A stretch of 64,000 nucleotides of DNA from Octopus sinensis. Taxonomy: Eukaryota. The position numbers were made by a program, and so were the translations under genes. The notes beneath the pieces are model-generated. The model worked only from the letters and a program-made list of their open reading frames with translations. It did not search any database and had not been told where the DNA came from. Shown here piece after piece: positions 45,386 through 61,221 of the stretch; position 1 is the stretch's first letter; the number at the start of each line of letters is the position of its first letter. The stretch lies in the NCBI RefSeq assembly GCF_006345805.1, contig NC_043001.1, positions 43,834,001 through 43,898,000 on the forward strand. The letters run 5' to 3'.

Positions 45386-45764
45386 TATACTATCCTGTAT
45401 ATTCTGTGTCTGTGACTTATGAATTACAAACTTTGAATGTATGAGTTTACAATGAACACTTGCAATACTGAGAAATTTGAATGTGTAAATTAAAGCCCAA
45501 ATAAAATATTACTGATATATTCCTTAAAAGGGATATATTAATATATACCCATCTGTTTTCCAAGTAAGGTTTTCTATGAGGAATTACTACCCTTTGAGAT
45601 TGACTTGTGCAAGATTCCAACATCGACTGAGAATTTAGAAAAGTATTTCTTATGTCAGATCAGCACTGGCAGTCTGAGGGATTGAGAAATTTTGAAACCT
45701 TGAACATGAAGAAATATAATATATATGTCATCCTTACTTCTTCTTCTTCTTATTATTATTATAG

Positions 45765-45950
45765 AAACAAAGCTCAGATTTGGTCTTATTCCTTGTAGGA
45801 TTTATGTGGGTAGCAGGTTACCACCTGTAACCTTAGGTAGCCACACGTTTTTGGCAGTCTTTCAAGTGCTTAGAATCCTCCTGATAATCCTTGCTGTCCC
45901 TAAGAAGCAAATTTTCTCAAGGAGCTCTACCAGGCATTCTATTTCAATCT
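45765..45950 (-). mobile_element. R4/Dong-type LINE extreme 3' fragment
   Basis: LEKICFLGTARIIRRILST* on the minus strand, flanked by (TAT)n. Confidence 0.65.
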
Positions 45951-45951
45951 C

Positions 45952-45984
<33 letters not shown>

Positions 45985-45985
<1 letters not shown>

Positions 45986-46451
45986 TAGTTTTATTTTTAT
46001 AGCGTGCTTTCACTTCACTACCGAGCGCAGCTCTGTGTGCCTTGGGTATGTGCTGTGATTTGTTGTGATGCTCTGATGGTTATTGTATGGAAAGTGTTCT
46101 GCGTAGGATGTGTGCAGTGCCTAGTAGTGCAATTTTCTGTATGTTATATGTATTTGTAAGTCCTGGTGTTTTTGTTATGTATTTGTCTGAATATTTTTTT
46201 ATCATGCCTAATGCACCTACTATGATAGGAATTGTTTCTGTTTTCAGATTCCACATTCTAGTTACCTCTATTTCCAGGTCTTTGTATTTTGAGAGTTTCT
46301 CCATTTCTTTTAGAGACACGTTGTCATCAACCGGTATTGATACATCAATTAGAAAGCATTTTTTTTCTTCATGATCTCTGACAACTATATCTGGTCTGTT
46401 GGCCTTAATTTCTCTATCTGTGTGTATCGGCATATCCCAGAGTATGGTTGT
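45985..46451 (-). mobile_element. R4/Dong-type non-LTR retrotransposon 3' end with intact restriction-like endonuclease ORF (46080..46433)
   Basis: RPDIVV...LIDVS...EKLSKY...PIIVGALG...QKIALLGTAHILRR; (TAT)n on both sides. Confidence 0.88.
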
Positions 46452-46514
46452 ATTATTATTATTATTATTATAATTATTATTACTATTATTATTATTATTA
46501 TTATTATTATTATC

Positions 46515-48289
46515 TTATTGTCTTTGCTCAACTTCTAACGCTGGAGATGTACTATGGTATCAGCTGTTCACTACCAGTGAACTAAAGTAATGCCCAATAT
46601 TTGAGTGGTTCCAAGTAGTGCTGTTTTCTGCAAGTGCTCCACCCTTATTGCAGCCCTTATTTGTTTTGTGTACTTCTCAAGATTTTTATTCACTGTTCTC
46701 ATAGTTCCAACAATTTTTGGTACTGCAGCCACCGTTTTCAGTGACCACAACTGCTTAGCCTCCCAAGCTAACCTGTTATATCTGTCAACTTTTCTTTCTT
46801 CCTTATCTCATACCTTGTTGTCAGTTGGGCATACCTATATCTATAATCCAGCATTCTTTGCTTTCTTTCTCAATTAACATTATGTCTGGTTTCCTATTCT
46901 GTATTTGATGTAATTGGTTCTTAATGCTTGCTCTTGGGCAGCACAAATTAGAGTCTCTGTTTCCAGTTTTAAATTACTTTTAGTCATCCATAGCCATCTT
47001 TTGTCTTTGTCTTATCTTCAGCATCCCTATGAAATTGTCCATGCATTCTTTTCTTTATCCACCTATTTTCAGTTTCCTTCATTCTCAAGTGCTTGTACAG
47101 TGCTTTACCTTTGCAATCTTCCATCCCACACAAGCCTGATCTTCTTACTTCCAATAGTAGCGGTTCTGTGGCATTTTTTGCATACCATGCTATGTTGTTT
47201 CCTCTGCTCTAATGTTGTGTTCACATCCAATCAGTCCTCTTTCTCCTCTTTTTTTTGGTACGTACAGTCTGTCTGTGTCACTTTTTGGGTGGAGTATTCC
47301 ATATCTAGTCAGCAACTTCCTTGTCTTTCAGTCTAAGCTATTTAGTTCGTCTACTGTCCATACAATTACCCCTGCTCCATATCTAAGGAGTGAAACCGCC
47401 CAGGTGTTGATAGCTTCAATCTTACTCTGTCCGTTTAATTTCGACTTAAGGATCAGTCTTAGTCTGCACAAGTACTCAACCTTAAAATTTTCTTTCATTT
47501 CTTTCTCCATCAATTTATCCATTTCCAATATCTCCAAGTACTTATAACCCGTCTCTTCTATTTGCTTCATAACCTCCCCCGATGGTATCACTAGCCCGTC
47601 CATACATTTAATTTTGCCTCTCTTCAAGACTAACACACCCCACTTTTTCAGTCCGAACTCAATTCAGCACTGAAAGTATACACCATAAAGTTTGAGGTCA
47701 TCCATGAATAACAAATGGTAGACTTTTCGTTGGCAGCTTTTGAATACATGCCCAGCCTTTGCTTTCCTCAAAATCAGTGTTAGTGGTATCATGCACAGTA
47801 CAAAGATCAGTGGGGACAAACAGTCCCCTTGGAAGAGGCCTCTACTGAATTCTGTTGTTCCTAGACTTGTTCCATATGCTGTCAGTTCCGTCCTCCACTT
47901 CGCCATACTTTTTCTAAGTAATCTCTCAGCATTCAATGCAATACCAAATAGATTCATGCATTCCATAATCCAAGAATGTGGGATCATATCGTATGTCTTA
48001 CGACAATCGATCCATGACATGGCTAAGTTAGTTTTCCTGTGATGGTGTTACAATAAAAACACTGGTAATTGCGCAACCTGATAATCGCTACCTTATATGA
48101 GTGACAATGAAAAAACAAAATATTGTGAATAACAGTGGTAATGAAACTGAAGCCCTTGATGGTGATAGGGTTGCACTCGGCAGGCTCCAGCTTCTTGTTA
48201 TCCAGCAATGGACCAGTACACACAGCGTGGCTGGAACAAACAAGCCAATGCTGTGGTTATGGCGTGTTACTACCTGAGCAACTCTGTAG

Positions 48290-48290
<1 letters not shown>
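46515..48290 (-). mobile_element. R4/Dong-type LINE with decayed RT and RLE
   Basis: WIDCRKTYDMIPHSW, GLFQGDCLSPL, HLLFMDDLKLY, YKYL and AINTWAV motifs; bounded by (TAT)n. Confidence 0.88.
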
Positions 48291-48360
<70 letters not shown>

Positions 48361-48730
48361 TATTATTATTATTATTTATTTATTTATTTCCGATATGAGT
48401 AGTTTTGGAGCACGCCAAATAAAAAATGTATTAGTGGATCCGTAAAATGTACAGTATGTCTTCAGTACAGTTTTTCTCATATTTATAAATAACACACACA
48501 AACATGCACATTGGGTAATAATTACTTAGCAGCATTCTCATAAATTTATAATCTATCATGAAAAAAAAAAGAGAAAATGTAGACATAGATACACTGTCAA
48601 CGAAAATGGTACTGTCACAATTGCAACGCTTTGGTTATAAGCCTACTTGTCATATGTCTGTTCGATTATAGGCCGCCAAATGATATTTTCAACACTGTAG
48701 TATCAAATACACACACACACACACACACAC

Positions 48731-48935
48731 AATCCTTTCTACGATAGGCACAAGGCCTGATATATTTTAGGGGGAACTAAATCAACCTTGGTGCTCAACT
48801 AGCACTTATTTCATCTACCGAAAAGGATGAAAGGCAAGTCAAACTGGGCGGAATTTGAACTCAGAACATAAAGACAGACAAAATGCCGCCAAGCATTTTG
48901 CTTGGCGTGCTATCTACTCTACCAATTAGCCACCT
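48731..48935 (-). mobile_element. SINE family B
   Basis: aaaggatgaaaggcaagtc...gaatttgaactcagaac. Confidence 0.7.
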
Positions 48936-49978
48936 TACACACACACACACACACACAACACACACACACACACAACACACACACACACACACACACACCA
49001 CACACACACACACACACACTCATATATATATAATATGTAAACAAAGAGGTTGGCTACATTTAATGAAATTTAGAGTTAATGATCAAATGCATGATATTTT
49101 TAATTTATAATAACAACTTTCAAGGTATTCCTTAATAAATAGTGACGGAATTTTTATTTTTTAGAATGCATAAATTCTGATAAAAAAAAATTTTTTAAGG
49201 TTGTAGTAGAATGTTAAACTTTTCCAAGGGACATAAACTACACCTTCATGAGAAATTAATGTGGGTGGATGCATGCTTTATAATAGACTAATTGATTTTG
49301 TAATTGTTAACAATATCCTTTAAACGCCAATACATTTGGATGATGCAGTGGAAAGGCATTTTTCTGAGAGTCTGAATGTATGCATATTTTACGAGATAAT
49401 ATATGAAACGGATTTTTAGTAAACCCTATACACCTTTTATTTCACTATTATCTGCAGCGAAGAACTTAGCTCGATAAACCTATTGTTTTTGGGAGACGAA
49501 TATCGTTGAAAAGTTTATTGAAATTATATAGAAGACAATAATATTCTTCTTTAAACAAGTTTTTGTTACATCTACATTTTACCATGACGCTATTTTAATT
49601 AAAGCTCTCTTGATACAGATACTCTGAAGGGAAATATTTATTCAAAGAAATCCTGATGAAATTGAAAAAAACCCTTAAATCATAAGGTGGATTATACCAT
49701 GTAATATTTTACCTTCACTTTTTAAGTTTATGAATTTGCTTTGTTAGGTATATATTATATTTTATCTTTGAAGCCACTGTCATTTAATGCATCTTTGTAA
49801 AAATAAACGACAAAGTAAAAGGATTTCTCGTCGGAGGATAAGAAATGTGCTTTGTAATGTTCATTTTAAAGAATTATTAGGGGACCATTGGAATATATAA
49901 ATATATATATATATACTCACACATACATACATAGTCATACATACATACATACATACATACATATACATGTAATGTATA

Positions 49979-50810
49979 CAAGGTGGTATCAAACAGTTCC
50001 TGAACTAGTTCTGTAGCGCACCAACAGATGGCAGCACACGGTTGTGTGCTCAGTGAGAGCTAGCAGTGACCTTCAAGAGGCAGTGTGCCAAGTGACATCA
50101 CTGTGTTGACATTACAAGTTGTAAAATTTGTATTTTGTGATCACGTGTATACTGTAGTCTGTGATTTTTGTCATTGGCAGGAAGTTGGAACAAAGAACCA
50201 ACGTGAAATCTTACGTTTAACGTTGGAAGTCTGCTACAGAGACATTGAGCATGTTTTGGCAAGCTTACAGCAATAGGGCAATGGGTTGTGCTCAATGTTT
50301 CAGGTGGTACGGGCACTTCAACTGTTGCAGTTCAAACAAGAGCATGCTTATCGTTTTTTTCTATATCTGCGGTATTGTGCATCGAGGATTCGTCCCCCAC
50401 GGCCAAACTGTTAATCAAGAGTTCTACTGCGACGTTTTGAAGCGTTCGAGAGAGGACATTCGGCGAAAGCGACCGGATCTGTGGAGTGCAAAGAACTGGA
50501 TTCTTCACAATGACAATGCACCCTGTCTCCGAGCTCTCCTCACTCGTGAGTCTCTCGCCAAAAACAACATGGTGTCGCTTCTGCACCCTCACTATTCACC
50601 AGATTTATTACCTATGGACTTCCATCTCTTCCTCAAGATGAAAAGGCAGGTCCTCGACTCGCTTACGGAAAACGATTTCCAGGCCGAATTCCAAAAGTGG
50701 CAGGAACGCTGGAACCGGTGACTATTTCGAAAGTGATGTTAAAACTTAGGTAAACAAGTCATTTTTTATATTAAACATAACTTGTCCGGGAACTTTTTGA
50801 TACTAGCTCG
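49979..50810 (+). mobile_element. Internally deleted mariner
   Basis: TIRs aggtggtatcaaacagttcc / ggaactttttgatactagct; LHNDNAPC and HPHYSPDLLPMDF motifs. Confidence 0.85.
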
Positions 50811-50824
50811 AATATATATATGTA

Positions 50825-51530
50825 TGAGGTGGTATCAAAAAGTTCTGGGACTAGTTCTGTAGCGCACTAACAGATGGCAGCACACGGTTGCGTGCGCAGT
50901 AAGAGCTTGCAAGTGACCTTCATAAGTCAGTGTGCTGAGTGACATCGTTGTGTTTACTCCGCAAGTTGTGAAATTTGTGTTTTGTGATCACGTGTATACT
51001 GTAGTCTGTGATTTTTGTCAAAGAACTAACGTGAAATTTTACGTTGAACTTTGGAAGTCTGTTACAGAGACATTGAGCATGCTTACGGTGGCGAGGCAAT
51101 GGGTCGTACGCAATGTTTCAAGTGGCACGGGGGCTTCAAAAGCTCGAGCTGAAGGTCTCTGGAAGATGATGAGCGACCTGGAAGATCTAACACAAGCGTC
51201 ACCTCCGGAAGTGTGGAGAAAATTCATGAACTTTGCGTGAGGATCGTTGGAGGGCAATCAAGGACATTGCTGATATTGGTCTGTCGTACGGGTCCATGCA
51301 GGCAATCCTAACGTCTGAAGTGAACATGTAGCGTCTCTCTTCCAAGTTTGTCTGCCGCCTGCTGACCACTGAGCAGAAAGAATATCACGTCGAAGTCTGT
51401 CAAGATTTTCTTTTGCCGCTGGTGACCCATTCCTAATGTTGAGGATTACCACCGGCGACAAGGATTGGGTCTATGAGTACGTCCCTGAGATGAAGCAGCA
51501 GTCGTCACTATGGAACAGGCCTACACCTCC
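50825..51530 (+). mobile_element. Mariner 5' half, same family as 49979
   Basis: Shares the left TIR and ~250 bp with 49979; ITTGDKDWVYEYVPE motif near 51450. Confidence 0.8.
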
Positions 51531-52359
51531 AATGGAAGAAGCCTTAGCATCTCCCGTGAGAGAGTTGAAAAAATTCTGCACAATGAACTTGGCATGACGA
51601 AGGTTTCAGCTCGGTGGATGTGACATCTGAAGCCTGATCAAAAACGCACCAAGCTGATCACATCATGGAAAAATCTTACATTGTTTCAAGCAGATCAAGC
51701 TGGTTTCCTTGAACGTCATCTAAACTAGGGTGTATGTTGGGTTCAACACTTTGAGCCAGAGACAAAAACAAAACAAAGTAAAAAAACAATCCCCTCCTCA
51801 CCTACTCCAAAGAGAGCCAATGTCGTTTCATCTGCAGGAAAAGTGATGGCCTCAGATTTTTTGGGCTGTAAAAGATATTTTGTTTATTGATTATCTTCAA
51901 AAGGGTCACGCTATCAATGAAGGGTACTATACCAACTTCCTGAGGCAGTTACAAAGGGCTATCAAGACCAAACGCTCATGAAAACTGACGAAAGGGGCCT
52001 TGTTTCATCAGAACAATGCTCCAGAACACAAGCTATTGGTTTCAATGGTTGCTGTGCGTGACTGTGGCTTTGAACTGGTTGATCACCCTTCCTGACCCCA
52101 TTTGACTATCATCTCTTTCCCAACATGAAGAAACACTTTTTCTGGGAAGCAGTATCGCAGTGATAATGACTACGTATCTGCTGTTGACATTTTTTTACCA
52201 ACAGGATGACAGTTTCTTCAGCGATGGGATCCAAGTACTGCAACATATATGGAAGAAGTGTATGGTCTACAAGGGAACCTTTGTTGAAAAATAAAACTCA
52301 TTTAGTCACATTCTATGAGAGTTTGTTGGTCAGCCTATGAACTTTTCAACTGACCGTCG
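51530..52359 (+). mobile_element. Second mariner family, 3' part
   Basis: SARW, SAGKVMAS and HQNNAPEH motifs; right TIR ...aacttttcaactgaccgtcg|ta. Confidence 0.75.
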
Positions 52360-53055
52360 TATGTATGTATGTATGTATGTATGTATGTATGTATGTATGT
52401 ATGTATGTATGTATGTATGTATGTATGTATATATGATATGTATAATAAAATCAGTCTGTTATTTCTCATTAGTTACTTTAAAATTACACTCTTTTGTTGT
52501 CCAGATTGTAACTTCATAAGATCAACGCAACATAGCTTCAACTACTACTGCATATGTATATATGCCTGTGTGTGTATGTGTATGTGTATGTGTGAGTTTG
52601 TATGGTTGTAGGTACATAAGGTACATCCCAGCTGTTTCCCCATGAAGCATATTTCTTTATTACAATCTAGTATGTAGTTGCTGTCGCTGTTGTGTAGATG
52701 CAGTGTATATAAGAGAGATAAAAATTCTGGAAATACTATTTGCAATGTTATTGTAGAAGAAAACAGGAAGTTGGTAGATTTATTGGTATTATTAAATCAC
52801 CATTACAGACATTTCATTGGCTAATAGGAATTACAGAGTTTCACATGTTAGGTAAACATGCAAGGAATTTCCAATTAGAAATTCTTCAGACAGAGAAATT
52901 AGATAATATAGAGTATCATTTGATTTCAAATAATACTATAATGCTCAAGAATGCACACAAGTGCAGAGCGAAAGTGTTTCGTGGTGCTCGCGATTCCAAC
53001 GTTTCGCATTATCAGCAGTGTCAGGATCAGAATGGCTATCAGCTTGAAAACAGGC

Positions 53056-53297
53056 TCTCTTTACCCTCTTTTATTCTTTTTTACTCGTTTCAGTCATTTG
53101 ACTGCGGCCATGCTGGAGCACCGCCTTTAGTCGAGCAAATCGACCCCAGGACTTATTCTTTGTAAACCTAGTACTTATTCTATCGGTCTCTTTTGCTGAA
53201 CTGCTAAGTTATGGGGACGTAAACACACCAGCATCGGTTGTCAAGCGATATTGGCGGGGACAAACACAGACACACAAACACAAACACATACATATGT

Positions 53298-53335
<38 letters not shown>

Positions 53336-53497
53336 GCCAGGCTTCTTTCAGTTTCCGTCTGCCAAATCCACTCACAAGGCTTTGGTCGGCCCGAAGCTAT
53401 AGTAGAAGACACTTGCTCAAGGTGCCACGCAGTGGGACTGAACCCGGAACCATGTGGTTGGTAAGCAAGCTACTTACCACACAGCCACTCCTGCGCC
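53056..53497 (-). mobile_element. SINE family A, young copy
   Basis: CpG-rich, near reverse complement of 63198..63600. Confidence 0.88.
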
Positions 53498-53883
53498 CGT
53501 TCATTAAAAAAAAAAAACTTAAATTCTGTCTAGAAATTCTGATCACTTTTCAAACACAAAATGCATTTTAACAAAAACTGGTTATATAATCATTCAATGT
53601 GTCCATGCATTGAATATATAAATATATATGTATATAAATATACATATGTGCGTGTTTGTGCATGAATGTATGTAAATATGTGTCTGTGCATGTGTATACA
53701 AGTATAATTTCATGCATGTGTGTGTGTGTGTGCATGTGCGTGCGCATATATGTTTGTCTACTGAAAAACATGCATGTTAGTGAATGTAAATGTGATAAAA
53801 CTACTCAATCTCCAAACAGACATATACCTAAATAATGTGCACATATGCATGCACATACAAGTATGTGTATCTATCTATCTATC

Positions 53884-53947
<64 letters not shown>

Positions 53948-54037
53948 CCTATCTATAAACACGAGCATTTATGTGTTTATATATATATCTAGCAAGATCT
54001 CTCTCTCCCCGTTTCTGTCTGTCTGTCTCTCCCCCCC

Positions 54038-54076
<39 letters not shown>

Positions 54077-54409
54077 ACTATATTTATATGCACATACATA
54101 CAAGTATATACTTAAATATAAACTTATATGCACAAACACACACACACATACACACGCATACATATATATGTGTGTGTATTTTTGTGTATATATGAATAAA
54201 GTTAGGTATACGTTTATACACATATATGTATGATGCATCAATGTGTGTGAGAGTGTGAGTGTATGTGCGTGTGTGGGCACGCACTTGTGAGGGCATTATA
54301 TATATATATGTATATTTATACATACATACATACATACATACATACATACATACATACATACATACATACATACATACATACATACATACATACATACATA
54401 CATAAATAC

Positions 54410-54540
54410 ATCTCTGTGGAAGAGCGTAGGCTTGAAACGTTAAAGACTTTTTCACTTCCCGAGCGTTAAACTAATACATCTGTATGTTGTCTACATCACC
54501 TGTCTTCGTCTTTTGCTTTTTTTTGTGAATTCTCCATATG
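54410..54540 (+). mobile_element. Short HHR-like repeat with CTGT core variant
   Basis: CTGTGGA-A-GAGC-gtag-GCTT-GAAA-CGT; homologous to 62480..62660(-). Confidence 0.6.
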
Positions 54541-54585
54541 TGTATATATATATATATATATATAGATATATATATATATATAGTA

Positions 54586-54677
<92 letters not shown>

Positions 54678-54741
54678 ACGTATGTATGTATCCATGTATT
54701 ATATATGTATTATATGTATATATATATATATATATATATTC

Positions 54742-54775
<34 letters not shown>

Positions 54776-54881
54776 ATATATATATATATACATATAAGTA
54801 TATATAAATAAATATATTTATTCATACTCATACATACAGAGACACACACATATATATATACACATATACGTATGTGTGTAT

Positions 54882-54917
<36 letters not shown>

Positions 54918-55059
54918 TCTGTATGTATGAGTATGAATATATATACTTATTTATATATACTTATATGTATATATATACTGATATTAGCATATAAGGATAC
55001 ATGAATAAATAAATACGGGTATATATATATATATATAATATATATATATATAATATATA

Positions 55060-55105
<46 letters not shown>

Positions 55106-55117
55106 ATATATATATAT

Positions 55118-55160
<43 letters not shown>

Positions 55161-55192
55161 CACACACACACACACATATATAATATATATAT

Positions 55193-55305
<113 letters not shown>

Positions 55306-55350
55306 TCATACTCATACATACTCAATAGCGACATATACATATATATATAT

Positions 55351-55446
<96 letters not shown>

Positions 55447-55730
55447 TACTCATACATACTCAATAGCGACATATACATATATATATATTTAAATACATAT
55501 ACGTACATATATACATAATACATACATACTTATGTCTTCCTGGGGCTATAAACTACCGTAGCATCGTCCCATATGGGTCAGCCACATTTAGGTGGCAAAT
55601 ATACTTCACGATATATATATATAACTAATATTTCCACTTTCATCTATTATACTTAAATCTTATCTAGATTACAATTATTTAGTTGGAATCTTTATTATTA
55701 TTATTACTAATATTTTTGTTGTTGTTGTTG

Positions 55731-55766
<36 letters not shown>

Positions 55767-56788
55767 TATTATTATTATTATATTATTATTATTATTATTA
55801 TTATCATTATTACTATTATTTATTTATTCATTTATTTATTACACGATGGCAAGAAATGTCTCTTTTATACAGTAGAATTTCGCATTTATAAAAATTTTCG
55901 TAAAGAGAAAGAAACCCATACGAAAGAAAATTGTCATTTTTTCACTGTCAAAAAAAGGGCTAAATAGGAATCGAAGAGATAACAAAAGAAATATAACGCA
56001 AAGATGTTGGTGGAAGATTTTTGCTTTAAATTGAAGCATTTTGTGTAAAGGGCAGTTACATGAAATCAAAACGTTTTCTAACATCAATTTTGTGAAGTCA
56101 TTTCAAGTTTTCTTACCTTTCAAAAGAGCTGTTTGCAGCCTCCGCGATGTAGTCACACCAATATCCTCCAATTTGACCCAAAGTAGTTGGGTATTAGCTT
56201 TGACTTTTACAAACTGTTACTAATGCTGGTAAAGATTAACATTATAAATTTTCCCATCAGCTCTCAGTCTAATCCTGGATTATTATCTTTATTTTTTTTT
56301 CTACTCTGCTACTGTTGCATTAATCCAGATCGCTGTTGTATCAATAGCCGTTCCTCCCTGCCGGAGGCCATTACTGACATTTTAGCTTGAGCTTAACTGC
56401 TCCCAAGGATTGCGAGGTGTCTTAGTGACGTCAGAAATAAGACCAAGTCAAAGACTTTTCCAAACAATATCTCATGGGTTTTTGAAAGCTTGGCAATTTT
56501 TAGGTATAAATATTTTCATAGGAAAACCTTCACACAATCATTCTCTCTTTGATTTTCCATTATTATTTTTTCATCACCCTCTCATTTACTCATATCTTAC
56601 TTTTAGTCTCACTCTTAATCAACTTCTTGTTCTCACCTACCATATTATTTTAAGTAAATTCTCTCTCTTTAATAGTTTCTGGTTTCCCATTTCTTTTTAT
56701 TCATCCCTTTTTATCACTCCTTAATCTAATTTATCTGGGTCTGACTGAGTCTATTATTTCTATAGAGGGGAAATGAAATTATAACAAA

Positions 56789-57180
56789 CTAGCAGTATCC
56801 CCCGGCGTTGCTCGGGTTTCTTTCGATCCTTTAGAATTGCAATTTTTGAAAAGTAAAATTTTTGCATTATGTAGCTTGTTATTCTCTTTAAGTGAACATT
56901 TTCCTGGTTGAAATACACCGAAAAATGGCGACACAGCAGTAAAAAAATCGTAAAAAATAGGAATTTTCATATAAAAAAAGCACCTTTTTGATGTATATAA
57001 ATTTTGGTGTTATCATGGTCCGATTTGAATTTTTTCTCCTACGAAAGGAAGAGCAAGCCTTCTTTTATCATACTCTCAATTTTGGTCAACTTGCGCCGCA
57101 GGGTCTCGGAGGAAATAGTGTTAGTTGAAGACTACCAAACCTGCCATACACAAACAACATCAGCTTTATATATAGAGAGA
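56789..57180 (-). mobile_element. Non-autonomous Helitron-like element
   Basis: Minus strand reads 5' TCTCTCTATATATAAAG and 3' AAACCCGAGCAACGCCGGGGGATACTGCTAG|T, nearly the same 3' end as 509..901. Confidence 0.75.
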
Positions 57181-57714
57181 TTAAAAACACAGAAACCAAA
57201 CCTGAGATAATGTCTATTTTCTAAAAGATTTCTTTCCGTTTCTTTTCACTAGGTGGACCAGTGTCGATGATTCTTTGTCTTTTCATGAGTGCTAAACTAT
57301 TCTTGTGATTTCTAATGACTGGATCCAGTTTCTTGTTTTCGTGAAAATTGTAAAAGACGAAAAGTAGAACCCCATAAATACCAAACTGCTCAACCTTTAT
57401 TGTCCAACTTTCTTTTAAACCATCTTTTATTTATTTATTTATTTATTGATTGATTTTATGTGGGAATAAGTGACCCTTTTCTATTTTGAAAATACTTGGA
57501 ATCCAGTAAAAACATTCCTATTCGCAGAGCAGCTGATAAAATCCCACTTTTTCGTATTTTATCAAATTTCAAAAATCTTACAAAATCGTACGCGTCAAAA
57601 TTTACTATTTTCTATCTCTCACACACACACAAAAATAAATAAATAAAACTGTGATTTTTGAGGGATATTTAATTTCCCTTCTGATTCACTGTCAGGTTGG
57701 TTTATAGTACATCA

Positions 57715-58085
57715 ACATCAGCTATATCAAAATCAAGCCAAATGGAAATTACAGTTGTGAGCCCCGTGCCAGTAGCACGTAAAAAGCACCATCCGAATGT
57801 GGTCGATGCCAGTGCCGCCTTGACTGGCTTCCGTGCTGGTGGTACGTAAAAGGCACCATCCGATCGTGGTCGATGCCAGCTTCTCTGGCCCCTTGTGCCG
57901 GTGGCACGTAAAAAGCACCCACTACACTCATGGAGTGGTTGGCGTTAGGAAGGGCATCCAGCCGTAGAAACACTGCCAGATCAGATTGGGGCCTCGTGCA
58001 GCCTCGTAGCTTACCAGACCCCAGTCGAACCGTCCAACCCATGCCAGCATGGAAAACGGACGTTAAACGATGATGATGATGATGA
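57715..58085 (+). mobile_element. Family C SINE/LINE tail, young copy
   Basis: Three internal g(c/t)acgtaaaa(a/g)gcacc units, ending in gttaaacgatgatgatg. Confidence 0.8.
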
Positions 58086-58089
58086 TATG

Positions 58090-59545
<1,456 letters not shown>

Positions 59546-60179
59546 GGTCTGTGGAAACATCTTAAATTACTTTTGCTTGCCTTCCCTATCTCGTACCTGG
59601 TTGGATCTTGTTTTAACCATGTTGGAACTTTACTTCCCAAAAAGAATTGGACTGGATGTGACAAAACGAGGAGACTTGCGGCTAAAGTTGACATGTTTGG
59701 AACCGAATGTATCCGCACTAGCTGCAGCGCACCAGACACATGAAAAAGTTGTATTCTTTTCCTTTATGATACAATCATTAATTATTTTTGCATCGGTAGT
59801 TCTGATCAATGGTTCATTTGGGGAAAATTAAAATCAGTGTAAAAGAAAGCGCAAGTTTACCGAAGTCAATATGTCTGCATAATATAGAACTAACGTTAGA
59901 ATTTTATTGACACTAAAAGCAAAACTAAACCCACAATAAGGGATTTGTAAACAACCGCATATTTAGTCCAAACAGCACTAACAGGGCAACAAGTGTTCAA
60001 TATAGTGTGTGTGTCAAATGATACAAGCGGGGTTCTCCTAGGAGATTTAGTGTTATTTAGTTGGTGGAATGGGGTTGTGTCAGGTTTTTTCTTATACAAG
60101 TGGGCAATGGAGCATTTTTTGGCCGATAGGTGGGCGGTATTGCAATATGGCGCGAAAAGTTTGAGAAACACTGCCATAA

Positions 60180-60895
60180 CGCAATTCATTCTGTCAGAAA
60201 TTTAGAAATGACATGCTGTACTGCTTGGCATTCGCACCGGAAGCTCCAATACGAACATTTCAGAGTGTTTGGGTGTCAATTTGAGAACATGTACCAAGAG
60301 TGATAAGAATCAAACATCCAGTTAACATCATGGTGTTTGGAGTGATCACTAGTGATGGCGAGGTTATGCCTTTTTTCATCCTCCCACACGGCCGCAAACT
60401 CAACACGGAGGCCTATATCAAGTGCCTGGAGGAGGTAGTACTGCTCTGGGTCGACAAGGTGGCTGGCAACAGGACTCTGCACCATGCTACACAAGCAGGA
60501 GAACCCAGTCATAGCTGTAAGACAATTTCTGCGACCACATCACCCCTAACATCTGGCCACCTAACTCCTAAGACTGTAACCTCCTTGATTATTATGTGTG
60601 GGGCACTGTTGAGCGAGAAACCACCAAAACTCCTTGTAACACCAAAGATGAACTGAAGGCTAGGATTGTGGCAGCATTCACCCACTTAAACAAGGAGGCT
60701 GTCCAAAAGAGTTGTAGGAGATTCCAAAATTGCCTGGAGGCTGTGGTTGAAGCCAATTGCGATTTTATTGAATAAATTTATTCTTTACTATTACAAGATA
60801 TTTTTATGTAATTTTGGTAAAGATATCTGTTAAAATATGTCAGTGTTAATTTTATTTTTGCGTAATTTAGACAACAGTTTATTCACTGCACCCTG
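60180..60895 (+). mobile_element. Second, 5'-truncated copy of the deleted Tc1/maT-like element
   Basis: Homologous to 13350-14051 including the same internal junction; right TIR gcaccctg|ta. Confidence 0.85.
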
Positions 60896-61178
60896 TATAA
60901 AAACATATATGTATACATAAAATGTACAATAGTTTAGTAGGGAGTTTTACGTAGCAGTTTCACGGTCAAGCTTTTAACCTCCAGTATCTCTATCGATTAA
61001 AGCTTATCTCACCAATCTTATTATTCACCGATGTAGTTAATCATCCTAAGATCAATTGGTCAGATTATTTTGTTCATTTCACTAGACAATATTGCTAACA
61101 TACCTCCAAAGTTACTTTGGACAGACATGCGTACGCGCGCCCGTAAGGGTACAGAAACGTGCGCGCACACGCACGCAT

Positions 61179-61221
<43 letters not shown>

